Assembly (NCBI GenBank): GCA_965205505.1
Contig: CBDBHB010000007.1
Location: forward strand, 192,001-256,000
DNA: 64,000 nt
Direction: 5' to 3'
Source: Acidobacteriota bacterium
GTDB taxonomy: Bacteria; Acidobacteriota; UBA890; WLXD01
Shown: positions 31,986 through 42,725 of the stretch, piece by piece
How positions within the stretch are numbered: the stretch's first letter is position 1
How the letters are laid out: the number at the start of each line of letters is the position of its first letter
Notes under the pieces: model-generated
What the model saw: only the letters and a program-made list of their open reading frames with translations
What the model was told of the DNA's origin: nothing
The model's database searches: none
Program-made: the position numbers and the translations under genes

Positions 31986-34900
31986 ATGAAGAACGACGGA
32001 TCCCCCAGACGGCTCGGAGTCGCCCCGACGCTCGCGGCGGTAGCGTTGCTGGCAACCACGGTCGGCGTGGCGTCAGCGGGATCTGCCCGCGATCAACGAC
32101 CGCAGTCGGTGGACGAGCTCGCCCAGGCCTCCGGCCAGACCGGAGCGGCGGGCCGGGATGCCCCGGCGTGGGACGTCACTGCGGCGCGCGGACGAACCCG
32201 AACCATCGACTTCGAGACCCGCGAGGGCACCTGGATGTCTGTCGACATCTCGCCCGACGGCCGCTGGGTCGTCTTCGACCTGCTGGGACACATCTACCGG
32301 GTCTCCGCCGACGGCGGCGCTGCCGAGTGCCTGACTCAGGACAGCGGCGTTGCGGTCAACTACCAGCCCAGCTACTCGCCCGACGGGACGACGATTGCCT
32401 TCGTCTCGGACCGCACCAACCAGCCGAACCTCTGGCTGATGGACAGCAACGGCTCCAACCCGCGAGCCGTATTCCGCGACGACGCTGTGCGCGTGGCGAA
32501 GCCCGCCTGGACACCGGATGGCCAGTACATCCTGGTGCAGCGGCGACCCGGCGGAATCTGGATGTACCACCGAGACGGCGGCGACGGGATCTCGATGTTG
32601 GGCGACGAGTTCGACTCGGCCGGCTGGCCGTCGGTCTCCTCGGACGCTAGGTACCTGTACTTCGATCTCGCCAAGAACGTCGGCCTCGTCGGAGCGGTGG
32701 GGGGCGCCCGGCAAGTTCGGCGTGCCGAGCTCTCCAGCGGCGAAGTGATCAAGATCACCGCAGGGATCCCCGACACCCAGATCCGCCTCTCCAGCGGCGG
32801 CGGCTACGCGGCGGAGATCTCGCCAAACGGTCGCTGGCTGGCGTTTGCCCGGCGCATTCCGAACGGCACCGTGAGCTTCAAGGGGCACCGCTATGGGCCG
32901 CGCACCGTTCTCTGGTTGCGCGATCTGCAGAGCGGGACCGAGCGCCTGCTCATGGACCCGATCGAAAACGATCGGGTCGAGATGCGGGGCTGGGACGTTC
33001 TACCGGGATACAGCTGGGACCTCGAGGGCCGATCCATCGTCATCTCGCAGGGCGGCAAGATCCGTCGCATCGACATCGCCAGCGGCGAGGTGAGCACGGT
33101 TCCCTTCACCGCCGGCGTGCATCGCGTCATCTCCGAGCGCGCTTACGCGCCGTTCCGCATCGACGACGAGCCGTTCGACGCCAAGTTCTTGCGCTGGCAC
33201 ACGCTGTCTCCGGACGGTAGCAGGCTGGCGTTCGAGGCTGCAGGCCGCATCTGGGTGATGGATCGAGATCCCGAGAGTGGTCTCCAGCGCGGCGAGCCAC
33301 GACGCCTGACCCCCGAGTCGTTCGAGCCCTTCGAGCTCTCCCCGGCCTGGTCACCCGATGGTGAGTTCATCGCCTTCACCAGCGCCGACGAGGCAGCGCG
33401 CGGCCACATATGGAAGGCGTCGGCCGAGGGCGGCGCCCCCGAGCAGCTCACCGAGACCGAGGGGGAGTACCTGAATCCGGTCTGGAGCCCGGGCGGGCGC
33501 GACATCGTCGCGGTGCAGGGATCGGGCGTCACCAGCCACGGTCGCGGCTGGATGTTCAACCCGTACTACCAGCTAGTGAACGTCGCCGCCTCGGGAGGGT
33601 CCGCTCCCGGCGAGGTGATCACGATGATCAATCCACCTTCCGAGGTGGGCGTCTACGGGGTCTCGAGGCGCTCGATCACGCAGCCCTCCTTCGGTCCCGC
33701 GGGGCGAGTCTACTTCGCCGAGGACCAGGAGAACGCCGACGGCGACGCGGTCGTCGCGCTCGTTTCCGTGCGGCGCGACGGCGGCGACGAACGGGTACAC
33801 ATGACCTTCCCCTACGCCGACGAGATCGCCCCGTCGCCCGACGGCCGCTGGGTCGCCTTTCAGGAGGGCGACAACGCCTACATCACGGCGTTCCCCGCCT
33901 TCGGCACCGGCGGTAAGCCGCCGCAGATTCAGAAGCGCCAGGGCGACCTCCCGGTGCGTCAGGTCAGCTTCGAAGGCGGCATGTTTCTGCGCTGGCGCAG
34001 CGCCAACGAGCTCGAGTTCGGCAGCGGCAACCAGCACCACCTCTATCGGGTGGACACGCGAGAAGTGCAGAGCACCGAGGCGCGGCTGAAGCTGTCGCGT
34101 CGCATCCCCGACAAGGCGATCGCTATCGGGCTCACCGGGGCGCGAATCGTCACGCTCGACGGTGATGTGGTGATCGAGAGCGGCACGGTCGTGGTACGTG
34201 GCAGCCGCATCGTTTGCGTCGGGGAATGCGCGCTCGACGTCGATCGGGTGGTGGACGTGACCGGCGCGACGATCATCCCCGGCTTCATCGACATGCACGC
34301 CCACCACCATCGCGAGACCCGCGGGGTGATCGGCAGGAAGAGCTTCGAGGCTGCCGTCTACCTGGCCTACGGGGTCACCACCGACCTCGACAACTCGATG
34401 TGGAGTCAGAACATCTTCACCACCGCCGAGCTGGTGCGCTCGGGCGCCATCCTGGGGCCCCGCACCTTCAGCACCGGCCCGCCGCTGTATCGGGGCGATT
34501 CCTTCCGGCAGAACGAGATCTCCAGCTACGAGGTGGCGGAGCAGAACATCGCCCGCCTGCAGTCGTGGGGCGCGGTGTCGCTGAAGCAGTACATGCAGCC
34601 GCGCCGCGACCAGCGCCAGTGGATCTCGGACGTGGCCCGGAAGGTGGGGCTCATGGTCACCGCCGAGGGGGGCGATCTGAACTACAACCTGGGCATGATC
34701 ATGGACGGCCAGACCGGCTGGGAGCACCCGCTCGACTACCTGCCCCTGTACAGCGACGTCACCACCTTCTTCGGGCGAGCCGAAGCTACCTACTCGGTCA
34801 CCTTCGGGGTGGGCTCAGCGCCGTGGAACGAGAACTACTGGTATGCGGAGAGCAACGTCTGGGAGGACGAGAAGCTGATGAGCTGGATGCCGTGGCGGAC

Positions 34901-35384
34901 GATCCTGCCGCACGCCCGCCGGCGACCGCTGCGTCCCGCCACCGACTACAACTTTCCGTACCTGGCGCAGGCGGTGGAGGACATCATCGAGGCCGGCGGA
35001 CACGGCGCCATCGGCGCGCACGGACAGGGCCACGGGATCGCGCCCCACTGGGAAGTGTGGATGGCCGCCTCCGCGATGGGGCCGCTCGGGGCGTTGAAGC
35101 TGGCCAGCCAGCAGGGTGCCTACTTTCTCGGTGTGCAGGAGGATCTCGGCTCGATCGAGGTCGGCAAGCTGGCGGATCTACTCGTCCTGAGATCCAATCC
35201 CCTGGACGACATCCGCAACACCACCGACATCCGCTACGTTATGCAGGGAGGCATCCTGTTCGAGGCCGAGACGCTCGACGAGGTCTGGCCAGAGCAGCGA
35301 CCCTACGGTGCCCGTCCGTGGATGGAGCAGGACGCGCTCCGTGCCGACGACCGCCCGATCGACTACTGGGACCGACGTCAGTAG
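31986..35384 (+). CDS. TolB-like PD40 beta-propeller plus amidohydrolase fusion, secreted
   Basis: EGTWMSVDISPDG, repeated SPDG, IPGFIDMHAH, GAHGQ and GSIEVGKLADL. Confidence 0.9.
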   Translation: MKNDGSPRRLGVAPTLAAVALLATTVGVASAGSARDQRPQSVDELAQASGQTGAAGRDAPAWDVTAARGRTRTIDFETREGTWMSVDISPDGRWVVFDLLGHIYRVSADGGAAECLTQDSGVAVNYQPSYSPDGTTIAFVSDRTNQPNLWLMDSNGSNPRAVFRDDAVRVAKPAWTPDGQYILVQRRPGGIWMYHRDGGDGISMLGDEFDSAGWPSVSSDARYLYFDLAKNVGLVGAVGGARQVRRAELSSGEVIKITAGIPDTQIRLSSGGGYAAEISPNGRWLAFARRIPNGTVSFKGHRYGPRTVLWLRDLQSGTERLLMDPIENDRVEMRGWDVLPGYSWDLEGRSIVISQGGKIRRIDIASGEVSTVPFTAGVHRVISERAYAPFRIDDEPFDAKFLRWHTLSPDGSRLAFEAAGRIWVMDRDPESGLQRGEPRRLTPESFEPFELSPAWSPDGEFIAFTSADEAARGHIWKASAEGGAPEQLTETEGEYLNPVWSPGGRDIVAVQGSGVTSHGRGWMFNPYYQLVNVAASGGSAPGEVITMINPPSEVGVYGVSRRSITQPSFGPAGRVYFAEDQENADGDAVVALVSVRRDGGDERVHMTFPYADEIAPSPDGRWVAFQEGDNAYITAFPAFGTGGKPPQIQKRQGDLPVRQVSFEGGMFLRWRSANELEFGSGNQHHLYRVDTREVQSTEARLKLSRRIPDKAIAIGLTGARIVTLDGDVVIESGTVVVRGSRIVCVGECALDVDRVVDVTGATIIPGFIDMHAHHHRETRGVIGRKSFEAAVYLAYGVTTDLDNSMWSQNIFTTAELVRSGAILGPRTFSTGPPLYRGDSFRQNEISSYEVAEQNIARLQSWGAVSLKQYMQPRRDQRQWISDVARKVGLMVTAEGGDLNYNLGMIMDGQTGWEHPLDYLPLYSDVTTFFGRAEATYSVTFGVGSAPWNENYWYAESNVWEDEKLMSWMPWRTILPHARRRPLRPATDYNFPYLAQAVEDIIEAGGHGAIGAHGQGHGIAPHWEVWMAASAMGPLGALKLASQQGAYFLGVQEDLGSIEVGKLADLLVLRSNPLDDIRNTTDIRYVMQGGILFEAETLDEVWPEQRPYGARPWMEQDALRADDRPIDYWDRRQ

Positions 35385-35395
35385 GCGTCGGGTGC

Positions 35396-35457
35396 TTGAC
35401 GCGACCGAGCCAGCCAGTAAGATGCGTTAGTTGATATTGAGACGCGGTCTCAATATC
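35396..35457 (+). promoter_or_regulatory. Sigma70 promoter followed by a Fur-like operator
   Basis: TTGACG-N16-TAAGAT, then perfect inverted repeat GATATTGAGAC-GCG-GTCTCAATATC (35433-35457). Confidence 0.72.
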
Positions 35458-35510
35458 GCCGCCAACATCGGTCCGCGCATCTCGTGCCACCCCCGGGCTG
35501 TTCGCCCCTC

Positions 35511-37787
35511 ATGAGCACCATGTTCTGCCCTCGCCGCTGTCCGCTAGCCTTTGCTGCCACGCCGGCGCTCGTTCTTCTCCTTGTATCGCTGCTCGCCATA
35601 CCCGCAGATGCCCAGCAGTCGGGCGACGACGGGGCGAAGTCGTCGGCGCAGAAGCAGGAGGAGCACAAGCCGCGGATCGACGAACGCATCATGGTCGTGG
35701 GGAGTGCCGAGGGCATCGAGTTCATCCCGGGGTCGGCAAGCCGGATCGAGGGCGCCGAATTGCTGCGCACGCAGGCGGCGTTCGGGGATATTCACCGGAT
35801 GCTGAGGTCGGTTCCCGGGGTAAACGTCCAGGAAGAAGAGGGCTTCGGCCTGCGGCCCAACATCGGCTTGCGGGGTTCGGGCTCAGAGCGTTCCTCCCGC
35901 ATCACGCTCATGGAGGACGGGACCCTGATCGCTCCCGCACCCTATGCAGCACCCTCCGCCTACTACTTCCTCACCGCGGGCAGGATGGAGGCCGTCGAGG
36001 TGCGCAAGGGCTCGAGCCAGATCAAGTTCGGGCCGCGGACCAACGGCGGCGCCCTGAACCTCGTCTCGACGCCGGTGCCCGATGCGTTCAACGTGCGCGC
36101 CGAACTGGGCGGTGGCAGCCACACGACCGCCAAGGGCCGCCTGTCGGTCGGTAGCAGTTCGCGCAACTGGGGCTGGATGCTCGAGACCTACCAGCTCCGC
36201 AGCGAAGGCTTCAAGCAGATCGATGGCGGCGGCGAGGCCGGTTTCCACCTCGGTGACTACCTGGGGAAGCTGCGGTACCGGACGGTCGGTAGCACCGACT
36301 CCTTCCACGAGATCGAGGTCAAGCTCGGTTACGTGCAGCAGCGCGGCAACCAGACCTACCTCGGCCTGACAGACGCCGACTTCCGGGCGAATCCGGTGCG
36401 CCGCTACGCCGGCTCGCAGCACGACCGGATCGAGACCGAGCACCGGCAGCTCCAGCTCCGCCACTACGGGATGTTCAGCCCGACCGTCGACCTGACCACG
36501 GTTGCCTACCGCAACGACTTTCAGCGCAACTGGTACAAGCTGCAGAGCGTTCAGGGTGCCGGGCTCGCGAGCGTGCTCGAGAGCCCACTGACCTACGCCG
36601 AGGAGTTCGCCATCATACGCGGCGCCGACAGCGCCCGCGATGCACTGAAACAGCGCCACAACAACCGCGAATACTACGGGCAGGGGATCCAAAGCGTCCT
36701 GGGCCTGCGCCTCGGCAGCGGTGCCACCTGCCAGCAGCTGGAGGTCGGCGTGCGCTACCACGCCGACCAGGAGGACCGGTTCCAGAGCGAAGATGGCTAC
36801 CAGATGATCAGTGGGCAGAAGACGCTCACCAGCGTCGGCGCCCCTGGCAGTCAGGCGAACCGGATCGGCGACGCCAGGGCCTGGGCCCTTTTCGTACAGG
36901 ATCGGATCTCGACGGGGCGCTGGGCGATCACTCCGGGACTGCGCTTCGAGTCCATCGACATGACGCGAACCGACTACTCGAGAGCCGACCCGGATCGCAC
37001 AGCGCCGACCCGGATTCGCCACTCGCAGATCGATGCCCTGCTTCCCGGCGCAGGTGTCGACTACCGCATCGGACACGTTAGCAGCCTGTTCCTCGGTGTT
37101 CATCGGGGCTTCGCGCCGCCGGGGCCCGGGGCCGCCGACGGGGTCCGGCCCGAGACCAGCATCAACTACGAGCTCGGGTACCGGCATCGCGGCACCCGGG
37201 CAAAGGCGGGCGTGACGGGCTTCTTCAACGACTACGACAACCTGCTCGGGTCAGACACGCTATCGAGCGGTGGCCAGGGGACCGGCGACCAGTTCAACGG
37301 TGGCGCAGCCCGCGTCTGGGGCCTAGAGGCATCGGCCTCCTACTACCTAGCGGCGGCCGGCTCGGGGCTGCGGGTGCCCTTCGCACTCTCGTATACATGG
37401 ACCCGGGGCGAGTTCCGCACCCGCTTCGACAGCGACTACGAGCCCTGGGGGAATGTCGAGGTCGGCGACGAGCTTCCCTACTTGCCCGAGCATCAGCTCA
37501 ATGTGTCTGTCGGGCTCCAGGGAGCACGCTGGGATACGTTCGCGTCGGTGACCTCAGGCAGCGCAATGCGGACGGAGGCCGGCCAGGGGCCGATCCCGCC
37601 GCGCCGCGGGACCGATGCCTTCACCGTCGTCGATCTGACCGCTGGGTATCGGCTGAGCCGGGTCGTGCGGCTGCAGGCCGCGCTGCAGAACGCTCTTGCC
37701 ACCACCTACATCGTGGCGCGCCGGCCGGCCGGTGTGCGGCCCGGCCTGACGCGAACGTTCGTGCTCGGCCTGACCTTCTCGCGCTAG
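35511..37787 (+). CDS. TonB-dependent receptor, FecA-like
   Basis: EEEGFGLRPNIGLRG...RSSRITLMEDG...APAPY plug motif; beta-barrel C-terminus. Confidence 0.92.
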   Translation: MSTMFCPRRCPLAFAATPALVLLLVSLLAIPADAQQSGDDGAKSSAQKQEEHKPRIDERIMVVGSAEGIEFIPGSASRIEGAELLRTQAAFGDIHRMLRSVPGVNVQEEEGFGLRPNIGLRGSGSERSSRITLMEDGTLIAPAPYAAPSAYYFLTAGRMEAVEVRKGSSQIKFGPRTNGGALNLVSTPVPDAFNVRAELGGGSHTTAKGRLSVGSSSRNWGWMLETYQLRSEGFKQIDGGGEAGFHLGDYLGKLRYRTVGSTDSFHEIEVKLGYVQQRGNQTYLGLTDADFRANPVRRYAGSQHDRIETEHRQLQLRHYGMFSPTVDLTTVAYRNDFQRNWYKLQSVQGAGLASVLESPLTYAEEFAIIRGADSARDALKQRHNNREYYGQGIQSVLGLRLGSGATCQQLEVGVRYHADQEDRFQSEDGYQMISGQKTLTSVGAPGSQANRIGDARAWALFVQDRISTGRWAITPGLRFESIDMTRTDYSRADPDRTAPTRIRHSQIDALLPGAGVDYRIGHVSSLFLGVHRGFAPPGPGAADGVRPETSINYELGYRHRGTRAKAGVTGFFNDYDNLLGSDTLSSGGQGTGDQFNGGAARVWGLEASASYYLAAAGSGLRVPFALSYTWTRGEFRTRFDSDYEPWGNVEVGDELPYLPEHQLNVSVGLQGARWDTFASVTSGSAMRTEAGQGPIPPRRGTDAFTVVDLTAGYRLSRVVRLQAALQNALATTYIVARRPAGVRPGLTRTFVLGLTFSR

Positions 37788-37991
37788 CAGCGTCGGCGGC
37801 AAAGTCGTCCGGCAGCACCTTGACAGTACCCCGCCCAGCGCTCGTAGCCCGGCGCCAACGTTCGATGAGAAGAAGGGCAAACCGAATTCGTGATCACTGG
37901 ATCGCTAGCCTCAGCGGGTTCCGGCGTCCTCCTTCCCGGGGCAGTAACTCAACGGCGAGCTCGGCTGTAGCGACCGACCTCGTTTCCCGCC

Positions 37992-39137
37992 TCAGCGCCC
38001 CTCCGGCCGATATACCCGAACCGGTGTGAGCTGCGCGCCCGTGAGCCCGGTCGGCTCGCTTTCGCCCACCACCGGCATCCGCAGCGTGCCGATCCCGTCG
38101 ATGGTGGCCTCGATCACCTCGCCAGGTTGGAGAAAGCGCTGCTCTCCGCGAACGGCGGTGCCCACACCGGTGCCCCCCGACGTTCCGTTGTTGATCACGT
38201 CGCCGGGGAACAGCGTGACGATCGAGGACGCATATTCGACCAACTCCCACAGCGTGTGAATCATGTCGCCTGCCGTGGCCTCCTGCATCTGCTCATCTCC
38301 GACGCTCAGCGTCTGTCGGAGGATCTCCATCGGATTCCCGTAGAATTCCTTCGGCACGATCCAGGGGCCCTGAGGGGCGAACGTGTCGTGGCCCTTGCCG
38401 ACGAACCAGTCGGACCGGAGAGGGTTACCGCCCGGTGGCCGACCGCCGCGATCAGAGATATCGAGCGTCACCGTGTAGCCGAAGATGTGTGCCTCCGCGT
38501 CGTTGGCGGAAACGTACTTGGCCGTCCGGCCGATCACCGCACCGAGCTCGACTTCCCAGTCGATACGGTCCCGACCAAACGGGATGACGATAGGGTCGCC
38601 GTTGCCGATGACCGCGCCCCGGCTGGGCTTCATGAAGAGGTACGGCACGCCGCGATTCTCACGCCGCTGGCGACGTGCCTCTACACGCTCTTCGACCGAC
38701 CCCGACTCGTTGACGTGGCTGTAGAAATTCACCGCCGCGTTGAGGATCTTGCCCGGATACAGAATGGGCGGAAGCGTGCGCACCTCGCCCAGATCATAGA
38801 TGTAGTCCGGGCGATCTCCCGTGAGCATGTCCTCTGCGATCACATGATCGACCAGCTCGTATAGGCGAGCCTTCATCCCATACTCGTACCGCCCGATGAG
38901 CTCCAACATATCGGCAGGGAGCGGGATCTGCGGATACGCGGGGTCGCGCTCCAGTGCGGCGTTGGCGCGATCGAGCGCCACGATGTAGCGGTCGCGAAGG
39001 ACGACCCCCACCTCGGGGGTCCCGTCGATCTCGAAGGTCCCGACTTTGAAGGGTTCGGCGATGGACTCGACCTGGGCCGAGCCCGACAACGGACTCGCGA
39101 GAGTCAGGAGCACCGTGAGAGCCAAGGTGTTTCGCAT
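37992..39137 (-). CDS. Fumarylacetoacetate hydrolase family protein with signal peptide
   Basis: DWEVELGAVIG, DISDR, GKGHDTFAPQGP and GDVINNGT; leader ending GSA-Q. Confidence 0.88.
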   Translation of the reverse strand: MRNTLALTVLLTLASPLSGSAQVESIAEPFKVGTFEIDGTPEVGVVLRDRYIVALDRANAALERDPAYPQIPLPADMLELIGRYEYGMKARLYELVDHVIAEDMLTGDRPDYIYDLGEVRTLPPILYPGKILNAAVNFYSHVNESGSVEERVEARRQRRENRGVPYLFMKPSRGAVIGNGDPIVIPFGRDRIDWEVELGAVIGRTAKYVSANDAEAHIFGYTVTLDISDRGGRPPGGNPLRSDWFVGKGHDTFAPQGPWIVPKEFYGNPMEILRQTLSVGDEQMQEATAGDMIHTLWELVEYASSIVTLFPGDVINNGTSGGTGVGTAVRGEQRFLQPGEVIEATIDGIGTLRMPVVGESEPTGLTGAQLTPVRVYRPEGR

Positions 39138-39356
39138 GGGAGCGCCTCGTCGAGTCATTGGGTCCATTGAAGATCGCAGTCTTAGCGGCGGCCGCATACC
39201 CTGTCTTATCATTTCGCCCCGTCATTAAAGGCTGTCACAGGACCTGGGGCCAATTTAGTGTCATCGGTCTGTGTTTTGCTGCTCAATTCTGCGCTCTGTT
39301 GTGCCATTCTAAGATGCAACTTTCCACTCTGGTAGCGCTACCGGAAGCACGCAGCC

Positions 39357-39935
39357 TTGTCAGATCCCACCCCCCACCAAGACGACACGTCAGCGCAACC
39401 GTTCCTTAGACTGATCCGAGGATCAGCACGAGAGATCGCCATTCTCGTTTTGGGGATCTCGATCGCTTTCTCGCTGGTTGCGGATGGACGGTCCGACTTC
39501 GACCGGGCCGAATTCGATCAGGGCCTGGCCCGGGCATTTCTACTTGAATTCTTTGAACCGGCGGCCGGCGTTTACGCTGAGTTGGCCACATCGGGAAGCG
39601 TCGGGATAATCACCGATGAGTCGCTGAGAGCCAGCCTAGCGCAATGGGGAGTCCAGTTGAATTGGCTCCGCCGCTCCGAGGGATACCTGACGGCGCAATG
39701 GAACAACGAAGTATCAGTCTACTTGCGGAATCGAGCGTCTTTGGCCAGCTACCTTGGCGACCAGGGTCGGGCGATATCGGCGCCTGCATTCGAGCACGAC
39801 TATGACAAGCTCCTCGGGAGCCGAGAGTTCCACAACGTCATCGTTAAGCGCTTGCTCTACCTCAATTATCTGGTAGGCAACCACGAAACGATGCTGGAAG
39901 TGGTTGCCGACATCCTGGAGGCCATTGCTGACTGA
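39357..39935 (+). CDS. Hypothetical protein with N-terminal membrane anchor, possibly internally deleted
   Basis: EIAILVLGISIAFSL anchor followed by a helical region; lower GC. Confidence 0.45.
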   Translation: MSDPTPHQDDTSAQPFLRLIRGSAREIAILVLGISIAFSLVADGRSDFDRAEFDQGLARAFLLEFFEPAAGVYAELATSGSVGIITDESLRASLAQWGVQLNWLRRSEGYLTAQWNNEVSVYLRNRASLASYLGDQGRAISAPAFEHDYDKLLGSREFHNVIVKRLLYLNYLVGNHETMLEVVADILEAIAD

Positions 39936-40013
39936 GGCGGCGCCTCCCGTGGACCCTCGCCTGCCCCAGCGGTACGCTTCACGCGCTCACCCGCCCTCAT
40001 CCTGATAAGCGCC

Positions 40014-42725
40014 ATGGAACCCGGCACCAAACTAGGCCCTTACGAGATCACCGAGCAGCTCGGTGCAGGCGGCATGGGCGAGGTGTACCTGGCGCAGGAC
40101 ACGCGCCTGGGCCGCAAGGTGGCCATCAAGGTGCTACCCGCTGAGTTCGCCTCTGACCCCGAGCGCCTAGCCCGCTTCGAGCAGGAGGCCCGTGCTGCCG
40201 CTGCGCTCAACCATCCGCACATCGCGGTCGTTCACGATATCGGCACCGAAGGCAACACCCACTTCATGGTGCAGGAGTACCTGGAGAGTGACACGCTGCG
40301 GGAGCCGCTGGAGAAGGGTGCGCTGCCGCTCAAGAAGGCGCTCGGCCTGGCTACCGAGATCGCCGAGGCGCTGGCTGCCGCTCACGCAGCCGGGATCATC
40401 CACCGGGATCTGAAACCGGAGAACATCTTCGTCACCAAGGAAGGTCACGCCAAGGTGCTGGACTTCGGCCTGGCGAAGCTGACCGAGGTGGCGGGGGCAG
40501 GCTCACCGGGCGGTGCAACGCAGTCACCCACGATAATGGGCACGGTGGCCGGCCAGGTGATGGGCACCGCTGGCTACATGGCCCCGGAGCAGGTGGAAGG
40601 TTCCGACAAGATTGACCATCGGGCCGACCTGTTCGCCTTTGGCTGCGTGCTCTACGAGATGGTCAGCGGTCGGCAGCCGTTCGCCGGCAAGAGCATGTTG
40701 GACATCCTACACAGGATCGCCGACGAGGAGCCTCAGCCGCTCGGCGACATCAACCCCGACCTGCCCGCTCAGTTGCAGTGGATGTTGAAGAAGTGCCTCG
40801 CGAAACAACCAGACAAGCGCTACCAAACGGCGGGCGAGTTGGTCATCGATTTGCAAGCGCTCCGAGCCGATGTCGAGTCGGGCACGGCATTCCTCCTGGG
40901 TGGCCAGCCGGTGGTCGCCGTGGAAACGGCTCGCGGCATCCCCTGGAAGCTGGCGGCTCCAGTCGCGATTCTACTCGTGGTCGTTGCTGCACTGCTCGGC
41001 TGGTGGGCAAGGCAACCCGAGCCCGGAAGCACCATCCGCCTGCAGCTCGACCCCCTCGTCGACACGATCAGGAGCCAGGGCGGCTCCGCAGTCGTGCTAT
41101 CGCCCGATGGACGGCACGTTGCCTACGTCGAGAATGGCCCGACGGGTGGAAGCACGCTGTACCTTCGCGCTCTCGACCAGCAGGACTGGACGACACTCGC
41201 GTCGTCGGCAGACAACCTGGATGCGCCGTACCATCCCTTCTTCTCGCCCGACGGGCAGTGGGTAGGGTTCGTCACCCCGACGGAGCTGAAAAAAGCGTCC
41301 ATAACCGGAGGCACCCCGCAGTCGATCGCGCCGGTGAACGCGAGTCGAGGTGCGGATTGGGGACCCGACAATACGATCGTCTTCACACCAAACCCCGCCA
41401 GCGGCCTGTCTCTCGTGTCTGCTGTCGAGGGTGAGCCGGAACCGCTCACCGAGCTTTCCGAGGGCGAGCGCAGCCACCGCTGGCCCCAGTTCCTACCCGG
41501 CGGAAAGGCCATGCTATTCACTTCGGCCGAGACCGAAGGCTTCGACAGGGCCAACCTCGAGGTCGTAGATCTCGAGACCGGCGAGCGCCAGGTCGTGCAC
41601 CGGGGCGGCACCTACGGCCGATACGTGCCGACGGGCCATCTGGTGTATTTAAACGCCGGAGCGTTGTTCGCGGTGCCCTTCGACCTCGATACCCTGGAGA
41701 CGACCGGCTCGCCGCTACCCGTCGTCGAGAACCTCGCCGCCGACGGTCAAGGCGGGGTCTCGTTCGACTTCTCCGAGACCGGGATGCTCGTCTATCACCT
41801 GAGGGATGGCGGCGCTTCGAACGCTTACCAACTCGTCTGGGTGGATCGTGACGGCCAAGTCGAGCCGCTGCCCTTCGAGCCGCGTCAGTCTGAGTTCTTG
41901 GCCCTCTCGCCGGATGACCAGCGCATCGCGCTCCAAATCCACGGAGATGATGGGGACTTCGACATCTGGATCTACGAGATCGAACGAGGGGGCAGCCAGG
42001 CGCTGCTGACCACGGAGGGCAACAGCGGAGGGCCCGTTTGGTCGCACGATGGAGAGTGGGTTTTCTTCGGGTCGGATCGGGGTGGCAATAGCGACATCTG
42101 GAAGCGCCGGGCTGACCGGAGTCTCGAAGCCGAGCTCGTGTTGGATACAGAGGCTGAGTTGTGGCCGTCGTCGATCTCGGCGAACGATGAAATGCTGCTG
42201 TTTGTCAGCGGGGTCCTCCCGAATTTCGACGTGGGGATACTGGCTCTCGATACAGGTGATACGGAAATGCTCGTCGATACCGCCGCCCTTGAGGAATGGC
42301 CCAGTTTCTCGCCGGACGGTCGCTTCTTCGCCTTTCATTCGGACGAGACCGGGCAATTCGAGGTGTACGTGCGGGAGGTATCGAGCGGTCGGACATTTCC
42401 GGTCTCTACGAGTACCCGTGGTGGCTTTTCCCCTCGCTGGTCGCGGGATGGAAGGGAGATTTACTACAGCTCCCCCATAAGCCCAGGCATCCTCGTTGCG
42501 GAAGTGGATTTGGAGTCGTTTTCCGCATCCGACCCTGTCGAAGTCTCGGACATCGTCATCCGTGGCTTGTCCCACTTCGATGTCACCGCCGATGGCCAGA
42601 AGTTCCTGGTGACGGTGCCCGCTGGTAGTGATGAGACTGGGGGCACGGCACCCAGCACACGACTCAACGTGGTTCTCGACTGGTTCGAGGAATTGAACCG
42701 GCTCGTGCCGACGGGCGGCTCCTGA
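40014..42725 (+). CDS. Hanks-type Ser/Thr kinase with TM and PD40 beta-propeller
   Basis: [31 protein letters not shown]; SPDG repeats. Confidence 0.95.
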   Translation: MEPGTKLGPYEITEQLGAGGMGEVYLAQDTRLGRKVAIKVLPAEFASDPERLARFEQEARAAAALNHPHIAVVHDIGTEGNTHFMVQEYLESDTLREPLEKGALPLKKALGLATEIAEALAAAHAAGIIHRDLKPENIFVTKEGHAKVLDFGLAKLTEVAGAGSPGGATQSPTIMGTVAGQVMGTAGYMAPEQVEGSDKIDHRADLFAFGCVLYEMVSGRQPFAGKSMLDILHRIADEEPQPLGDINPDLPAQLQWMLKKCLAKQPDKRYQTAGELVIDLQALRADVESGTAFLLGGQPVVAVETARGIPWKLAAPVAILLVVVAALLGWWARQPEPGSTIRLQLDPLVDTIRSQGGSAVVLSPDGRHVAYVENGPTGGSTLYLRALDQQDWTTLASSADNLDAPYHPFFSPDGQWVGFVTPTELKKASITGGTPQSIAPVNASRGADWGPDNTIVFTPNPASGLSLVSAVEGEPEPLTELSEGERSHRWPQFLPGGKAMLFTSAETEGFDRANLEVVDLETGERQVVHRGGTYGRYVPTGHLVYLNAGALFAVPFDLDTLETTGSPLPVVENLAADGQGGVSFDFSETGMLVYHLRDGGASNAYQLVWVDRDGQVEPLPFEPRQSEFLALSPDDQRIALQIHGDDGDFDIWIYEIERGGSQALLTTEGNSGGPVWSHDGEWVFFGSDRGGNSDIWKRRADRSLEAELVLDTEAELWPSSISANDEMLLFVSGVLPNFDVGILALDTGDTEMLVDTAALEEWPSFSPDGRFFAFHSDETGQFEVYVREVSSGRTFPVSTSTRGGFSPRWSRDGREIYYSSPISPGILVAEVDLESFSASDPVEVSDIVIRGLSHFDVTADGQKFLVTVPAGSDETGGTAPSTRLNVVLDWFEELNRLVPTGGS

